From Spirochaetia bacterium (lineage in GTDB: Bacteria; Spirochaetota; Spirochaetia; UBA9216), in NCBI GenBank assembly GCA_965140585.1, contig OZ223268.1:32001-96000 (forward strand): DNA of 64,000 nt, given 5' to 3'. The notes beneath the pieces were generated by a model. The model saw only the letters and a program-made list of their open reading frames with translations. It was not told the origin of the DNA and did not search any database. Every line of letters starts with the position of its first letter. Position 1 is the first letter of the stretch. Positions 58,795 through 64,000 of the stretch are shown here, piece after piece. The position numbers were made by a program, and so were the translations under genes.

Positions 58795-59778
58795 TCAGAT
58801 GATGAAGCCTGAAGTAATAAGAAATGCCTTTAACCTGTCCCTGTACTCAGTATTTGCGAGCTCCCAGGCCCTGGCATGTTCGGCACCCTCTACAATAAAG
58901 AGCTCTTTTTCACTGCTGCAGGCATCATACAGACGGAAAACCATTTCAGTGGGGACAAAGGTGTCCGAACCCCCGTGAATGAAAAACAGCGGAACCGAGG
59001 CCTTTGCAACCTGAATCAGGGCAGAAGCTTCTTCAAAACTGTAGCCGGCCTTTTTCTTTGTATATCTGCTGGTTCTTTCGACAAGTCCGGGATTATCAAT
59101 ATTTCTGAAATGCTCAAGCTGATAGGTGAGTTCATCCTGAACACTGGTATAACCGCAGTCTTCAACAATACAGACTACAGTGTCCGGAAGCTGTTCGCCG
59201 CTGCTCATCATAACAGTTGCACCGCCCATGGATATTCCATGAAGAACAATAGAACAGTCGTCGCCGGTAAGCTTTGAAACCTCATCTGCCCAGTCTATAA
59301 TATCAAAACGCTCATGCCAGCCGAATCCTATATAGTCACCGCCGGAGGCTCCGTGGCCCCTGGCATCCACGGCAAGAACATTAAAACCGAGCTCATTAAA
59401 ATAGTACCGTGCAAAGCTGCTCATTGAAAAAGCATCCATCGAATATCCGTGAACAAGTATTACTGTATTCTTCGTAACTTTTCCGTCATCGGAAAGATAA
59501 GGCAGCCAGTAGCCTGCAAGTTTTAGACCGTCACCTGAGATAATCTCAATATTTACGTAAGGCATATCGCCGAACCAGTTACGGTCAGTGCTGAATATGG
59601 ATTCTCCGGCTTCTTCCTCATCAGCACTCCCGTTGCTGTCGGAAGCCGGGGCAACGACAGTGCTTTTATCATTACGCTTAACTGCCACAGAATAGTAGAA
59701 TCTTGCGCATGAGCTTAGTTCTGCGGTCAGAGTAAAAATTATCAATATAAGCAGGACAGATTTTTTAATACTTTTCAT
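58795..59778 (-). CDS. Exported alpha/beta hydrolase (YqkD-like)
   Basis: VHGY, DARGHGASGG.YIGFGW, GISMG, EDCGY, IHGGSDTFVP, GAEHA. Confidence 0.9.
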   Translation of the reverse strand: MKSIKKSVLLILIIFTLTAELSSCARFYYSVAVKRNDKSTVVAPASDSNGSADEEEAGESIFSTDRNWFGDMPYVNIEIISGDGLKLAGYWLPYLSDDGKVTKNTVILVHGYSMDAFSMSSFARYYFNELGFNVLAVDARGHGASGGDYIGFGWHERFDIIDWADEVSKLTGDDCSIVLHGISMGGATVMMSSGEQLPDTVVCIVEDCGYTSVQDELTYQLEHFRNIDNPGLVERTSRYTKKKAGYSFEEASALIQVAKASVPLFFIHGGSDTFVPTEMVFRLYDACSSEKELFIVEGAEHARAWELANTEYRDRLKAFLITSGFII

Positions 59779-59867
59779 AATTTGTATATACCACCCGGAT
59801 CAGATTAATAATTCCGGATTATTTAATCAACGGTAATAGATATATAAATAGAGGGAATATATCAGAT

Positions 59868-61910
59868 CTAAACCCTGAACTTAGCAGTCTGGATCGTAAG
59901 TTCCTCGATACTGGTTTTATTCTGCATGCTCAATTCCGCTACCGATTCCACGGCATCGGTTATCTGTCCGGCACCTACAGCCATCTCGTTCATGCCCGAG
60001 CTGATGCCCTCTGTGACCCTGCTGAGATTAGCCATTCCGGATAAGACCTCCTGAACTCCGAGCTTCATTTCATTTGATTTCTCATGAACTTCCCGCGATT
60101 CTCCCACCATTGCTTCAACAGCCTTCAGTACAAGCTTGTTGCCGGACATCTGTTCCTCCATGGCCGCACGGAGCATCTCCTCCTGCTGGGTCACAGATTT
60201 TATCTCATTGTCCATGACAGAAAAATTCTGCATAAGCGAATTTGTGGAAAAACTGATTCTGCCTACTGAATCTTTGATGCGGGAAAGAATTGCAGAAACC
60301 GTCTTCACCTGTTCTCCGGCAGATTCGGCAAGTTTGCGTACCTCATCTGCAACAACTGCAAATCCCTTACCTGAATCACCGGCATGGGCAGCCTCAATGG
60401 CGGCATTCATTGCAAGAAGGTTGGTCTGGCTTGCAATTCCTTCGATAACCTGACTAATTTCAAGAAGGCCATCAGATTCAGATTCGATCTGCCTGATATC
60501 ATCGGCCACAGCAGCAAGTCCGTTTTTACCGGCTTCTGAAGAACTCTGCAGATTATTGAAAATCTCGGTATTCCGGATAAGAGTTCCGGCAATGGAATTC
60601 AGGTTTTCGATCATCTCCTCTGTCGCAGAAGAGCTCTCCTCAATACTTATAAACTGCTTTTCAATAATATTATTTAGCGCTTCTATATTGGAAGTTATCT
60701 GTTTCATAGCCTCAGAGGTTTCATTCACGCTTGATGCCTGGTACTGGGTCTGCTCCTTTACACTTTCTATAGCCGCGGTAATTTGAGTAATGGCAGAGGA
60801 GGTTTCGTTCATATTCATCGCAAGCTTATCACCGATTCCGGAAAGTTCACCCGAATGCTGCTGGATTGAAATTACCAGGTTCCTGATATTGGTAAAGGTA
60901 CTGTTAAGAATACGCGTCATTCTGCCTATCTCATCATTTCTGATTTCCGAAAAGCTTATGGCCAGGTTGGTACTTGACTCCTGAACGACTTCGGCAAGAG
61001 AAGCTTCTGTTTTAGTAAGCGGCTTTGTAAGCAGGGCTCCGAATATCAGGGCGACTATAAAAATCATGACTGTTGAAACCGCAAGAACTATGATGGTAAG
61101 CATTCTTGAGGTATTAATAAGCTGTATCAGGCTGCTTTGATCCTGCCCTATCCGTATCATACCCTGAATCTTCTCACCGCCTGGACCTTTTAAAGGCAGA
61201 AAAGAGTACAGCGTCAGTCCCCGTTGTACATCAACCCTCTCTTCACCATCCTGAATACGGCTGTATATATCATCTTCTGGTTCCATTGAATCCCAAACAG
61301 GCTGTGCATGTGAATACAGGGCGATATCACCGAGAAAGACAGAACCAAGTTCCTCAAGAATATCACTGTCAAGATTTATTCCGGCCTGTAGCGTTCCAAT
61401 TATCTCTCCATCCAGCCGGAGGGGGGCAAAGGCTCTGATAGCAAGGCCGCTGCTTCCGAATTCAAAACCTCCAAGCTTATTACCCTCAAGCGCTTTTGCT
61501 ATGGAATCATTACCGCTTTTATCATCACCGAACTTTCCGGGATTATGACCGCGGTAAAATACTGCCCCGTCCGCATCACCAATCTCAAATACAGTAACAC
61601 CGTTATGAGCGTTCAGAGACTCAAAAACAGGCAAAACAAATCGGGCAGCGGCCTCACGGTCTTCATAATACAAGGCGTTAAGCAGTACAGCATTATCAGT
61701 ATAGCCGTCAATAATATTTTCAAGGTTTGATACCTTGCTGTGAAAGAAATACTCTACAAACTTCAGGTTCTGGGCCGATTTCTCACCGGATTGAATTGTA
61801 ATCACATTGTTTGTCTGAGTGATTAATATCAAAGATACAATTGCCAGCGGAAGCAGACTGATTGCAAGCATTGCAAAAAGAATCTGCAGGCGTAGTGATT
61901 TTTTATGCAT
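59868..61910 (-). CDS. Methyl-accepting chemotaxis protein with Cache sensor
   Basis: 2 [16 protein letters not shown] (NDEIG), [36 protein letters not shown]. Confidence 0.95.
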   Translation of the reverse strand: MHKKSLRLQILFAMLAISLLPLAIVSLILITQTNNVITIQSGEKSAQNLKFVEYFFHSKVSNLENIIDGYTDNAVLLNALYYEDREAAARFVLPVFESLNAHNGVTVFEIGDADGAVFYRGHNPGKFGDDKSGNDSIAKALEGNKLGGFEFGSSGLAIRAFAPLRLDGEIIGTLQAGINLDSDILEELGSVFLGDIALYSHAQPVWDSMEPEDDIYSRIQDGEERVDVQRGLTLYSFLPLKGPGGEKIQGMIRIGQDQSSLIQLINTSRMLTIIVLAVSTVMIFIVALIFGALLTKPLTKTEASLAEVVQESSTNLAISFSEIRNDEIGRMTRILNSTFTNIRNLVISIQQHSGELSGIGDKLAMNMNETSSAITQITAAIESVKEQTQYQASSVNETSEAMKQITSNIEALNNIIEKQFISIEESSSATEEMIENLNSIAGTLIRNTEIFNNLQSSSEAGKNGLAAVADDIRQIESESDGLLEISQVIEGIASQTNLLAMNAAIEAAHAGDSGKGFAVVADEVRKLAESAGEQVKTVSAILSRIKDSVGRISFSTNSLMQNFSVMDNEIKSVTQQEEMLRAAMEEQMSGNKLVLKAVEAMVGESREVHEKSNEMKLGVQEVLSGMANLSRVTEGISSGMNEMAVGAGQITDAVESVAELSMQNKTSIEELTIQTAKFRV

Positions 61911-62049
61911 TTTGGAATCCCCTGATACTTTCTATAAGGTTTACTCATTAAAAGTATATGAGTTCAGATATCAAAGTCAAACAATGGTATAAAAAGCCGG
62001 AACCGGTTAAAATTGAAACAAAATTCCATTTAAAAACGGGGGAAAGTGC

Positions 62050-63021
62050 TTGAATATAATTGAAGTAGAAAATCTCAGTAAAAACTATGAAGATTTCAAG
62101 GCAGTTAAAGACATCAGTTTCACCGTCAGCAAGGGCGAAGTTTTCGGATTTCTCGGGCCTAATGGAGCCGGAAAAACCACGACTATAAACATGCTCACAG
62201 GACTGGCGCATCCTACAACCGGAAGAATAACTATTTCAGGTAAGGACGGGATAAAGAATATCAAAAAAGTTCAGAGGATAATTGGCATTGTACCGGATGA
62301 AAGCAACCTTTATGATGATATGAGCGGATTTGATAACCTGGTGTTCTGCGCATCGCTTTACGGCATAAAAAGACACGACAGGGAACAGAGAGCCCGGGAA
62401 CTGCTGAAGCAGTTTTCACTTGATGATACCGGCGACCGCCCCTTTAAAGCCTATTCCAAGGGAATGAAAAGAAAACTCACGATAGCGGCGGGCATAATCC
62501 ATAAACCTGAAATTCTCTTTCTTGATGAACCGACAACCGGTATTGATGTTGAAAGCGCAAGGCAAATTAGAATACTGATTAAAGAGCTTAATGCCTCCGG
62601 AACAACTATTTTTCTGACAACCCATTATATTGAGGATGCCGAAAGACTCTGCAACCGGATCGGGTTCATTGTCGGAGGAAAAGTCATTAAGGTAAGCGAA
62701 GTCGGGCAGCTGATGAGTGAGGCGCAGAAGGAGCATATAATTGAATTTAATTCTGCCGCCGAATTCCCGGAGATATCCGGAGCGCTTGAAAAGAGCTTTC
62801 CGGACATCAGTGTAAAAATTGTGAGTACAAGCAGTATACGTGTTATCAGCAGTGAGAAACAGGAACTGATGCCCTTTATGACATTCTTTGATGAGAGGAA
62901 GATCGGCATAAACGAAGCAAAAATAATCCGGCCATCGCTTGAAGAAGTCTTTGTTAAAATAACCGGAATTGAAATAGCAAAACTCAAAAAAGAAAAAGAA
63001 CGCGGAGGTAAAAATAAATGA
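62050..63021 (+). CDS. ABC-2 type exporter ATPase
   Basis: GPNGAGKTT, YSKGMKRKL, LDEPT, TTHY, PSLEEVF. Confidence 0.93.
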   Translation: MNIIEVENLSKNYEDFKAVKDISFTVSKGEVFGFLGPNGAGKTTTINMLTGLAHPTTGRITISGKDGIKNIKKVQRIIGIVPDESNLYDDMSGFDNLVFCASLYGIKRHDREQRARELLKQFSLDDTGDRPFKAYSKGMKRKLTIAAGIIHKPEILFLDEPTTGIDVESARQIRILIKELNASGTTIFLTTHYIEDAERLCNRIGFIVGGKVIKVSEVGQLMSEAQKEHIIEFNSAAEFPEISGALEKSFPDISVKIVSTSSIRVISSEKQELMPFMTFFDERKIGINEAKIIRPSLEEVFVKITGIEIAKLKKEKERGGKNK

Positions 63022-63752
63022 CAGCATTGATGGCCTATCTCAGTATCCTTAGAAAGGATATGAAAAACTATTATCTCAAGCCGCCTAATATCAGCTGGGG
63101 AATCATATTCCCCATTTCCTGGACCTTGATGTTCTTCATGAAATCAAATAGTGACGTCAGCATTCGCGGGATTCTTCCGGGAGTTATGGCTGTCTCAATT
63201 CTTTTCGGTACAACCTCCATGCTGGCTGTGACAATAACCTTTGAACGCAGGAGCCGTTCCTTCGAGAGGCTCCTGCTTGCCCCTATAAGCCTGAACCTGC
63301 TTATGATGGCAAAAACAACGGGGGCAATACTCTTCGGTATACTCAACGCGTTTATTCCCGTTCTGCTGGCATCATTTCTGGTTGATCTTTCAGGAACACA
63401 GTGGGCGACAGTGCTGGCCGGGGTTGTTCTGATTGCGGTAACTTCTACCTTTCTGGGGCTTTTTATTGCTGTTTCGGTAAGCGAGGTATTTGAAGCGCAA
63501 ACCTTTTCCAACTTTTTCAGATTCCCGATGATGTTTCTATGCGGACTGTTCATTCCAGTTGCGAACCTGCCTTTCTTCCTGCGCCCGCTCTCATACATCC
63601 TGCCGCTGACATACGGTGAGGATCTGCTCAAAGGCGCAATTAATTCAGCGTCCGTGATTCCATCATGGATAAGCCTTGCGGTCCTTATTGTATTCAGCCT
63701 TCTGCTGTTCGGAATAAGTACGCATAATATAAAAAAGAAGTGGATCTACTGA
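63018..63752 (+). CDS. ABC-2 type permease
   Basis: 6 TM; FERLLLAP, PMMFLCG, LPLTY; ATGA overlap. Confidence 0.92.
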   Translation: MTALMAYLSILRKDMKNYYLKPPNISWGIIFPISWTLMFFMKSNSDVSIRGILPGVMAVSILFGTTSMLAVTITFERRSRSFERLLLAPISLNLLMMAKTTGAILFGILNAFIPVLLASFLVDLSGTQWATVLAGVVLIAVTSTFLGLFIAVSVSEVFEAQTFSNFFRFPMMFLCGLFIPVANLPFFLRPLSYILPLTYGEDLLKGAINSASVIPSWISLAVLIVFSLLLFGISTHNIKKKWIY

Positions 63753-63761
63753 AAAACCGGT

Positions 63762-64000
63762 TTATACCAGCTCATCCTCAGGAACAGCCAGACCGCTTAA
63801 TGTCTGCTTAAGCTCGTTTAAAGCATTAAAAACATCTTCGGCAGGGAGAGTCCCTGATTCATAATTCCTGGTACTAAGCCGCAGTTCCTCTTCAATTTCG
63901 GTAAGCTTCTTTTTACTAACAAGATTGGCAAGCATTCCCGGAACCGGTCTGCCGGCGGCAAGTGCGGCAGCAAGTCTGGCGGAAGAGATGGCGGAGACCG
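63762..64000 (-). CDS. 3' end of an unidentified gene entering from the right
   Basis: Open frame ...VSAISSARLAAALAAGRPVPGMLANLV...AVPEDELV* with TAA at 63762. Confidence 0.6.
   Translation of the reverse strand, partial: VSAISSARLAAALAAGRPVPGMLANLVSKKKLTEIEEELRLSTRNYESGTLPAEDVFNALNELKQTLSGLAVPEDELV

Noticed and set aside
62416-63631. Antisense ORFs of 120-203 aa
   Set aside because: Shadows of the ABC-2 genes; likewise for the other short overlapping ORFs in the track.
1-64000. rRNA, tRNA, CRISPR array, prophage or known defence system
   Set aside because: None recognised by eye; intergenic gaps are short. A covariance-model scan would be needed to exclude small RNAs.

Overview
Bacterial chromosomal window, most likely from a free-living spirochaete (inferred from spirochaete-type lipoprotein signals, PEGA/InlB/RCC1/GLUG surface proteins, membrane-anchored AraC regulators and a long dCache MCP). 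It is gene-dense accessory DNA; I saw no rRNA, tRNA, CRISPR array or transposase. Contents: (1) an 8-gene envelope operon (small TM peptide, two YD-repeat lipoproteins, secreted proteins, PrsW protease, Ig-domain lipoprotein) divergent from a membrane-anchored AraC; (2) an Fe3+/AfuABC-family transporter divergent from a two-component operon carrying a second, paralogous ATPase, with four 11-bp-phased boxes between them; (3) three adjacent pseudogenes at 19.7-23.7 kb; (4) an ALK/LTK-like glycine-rich lipoprotein; (5) psuK-psuG-GH79-GGDEF; (6) a duplicated lipoprotein promoter; (7) an interleaved two-component/surface-protein locus; (8) a short S1 protein, a DEAD helicase, an amber-interrupted SDR with TetR, an MCP and an ABC-2 exporter. 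The strongest hidden signal is a promoter motif (A-rich tract, GT-N16-GGWCG, then an 18-nt spacer and a -10-like hexamer) found at four loci, all upstream of lipoprotein genes or operons and two of them next to membrane-anchored AraC genes. This suggests an undescribed AraC-controlled surface-lipoprotein regulon.
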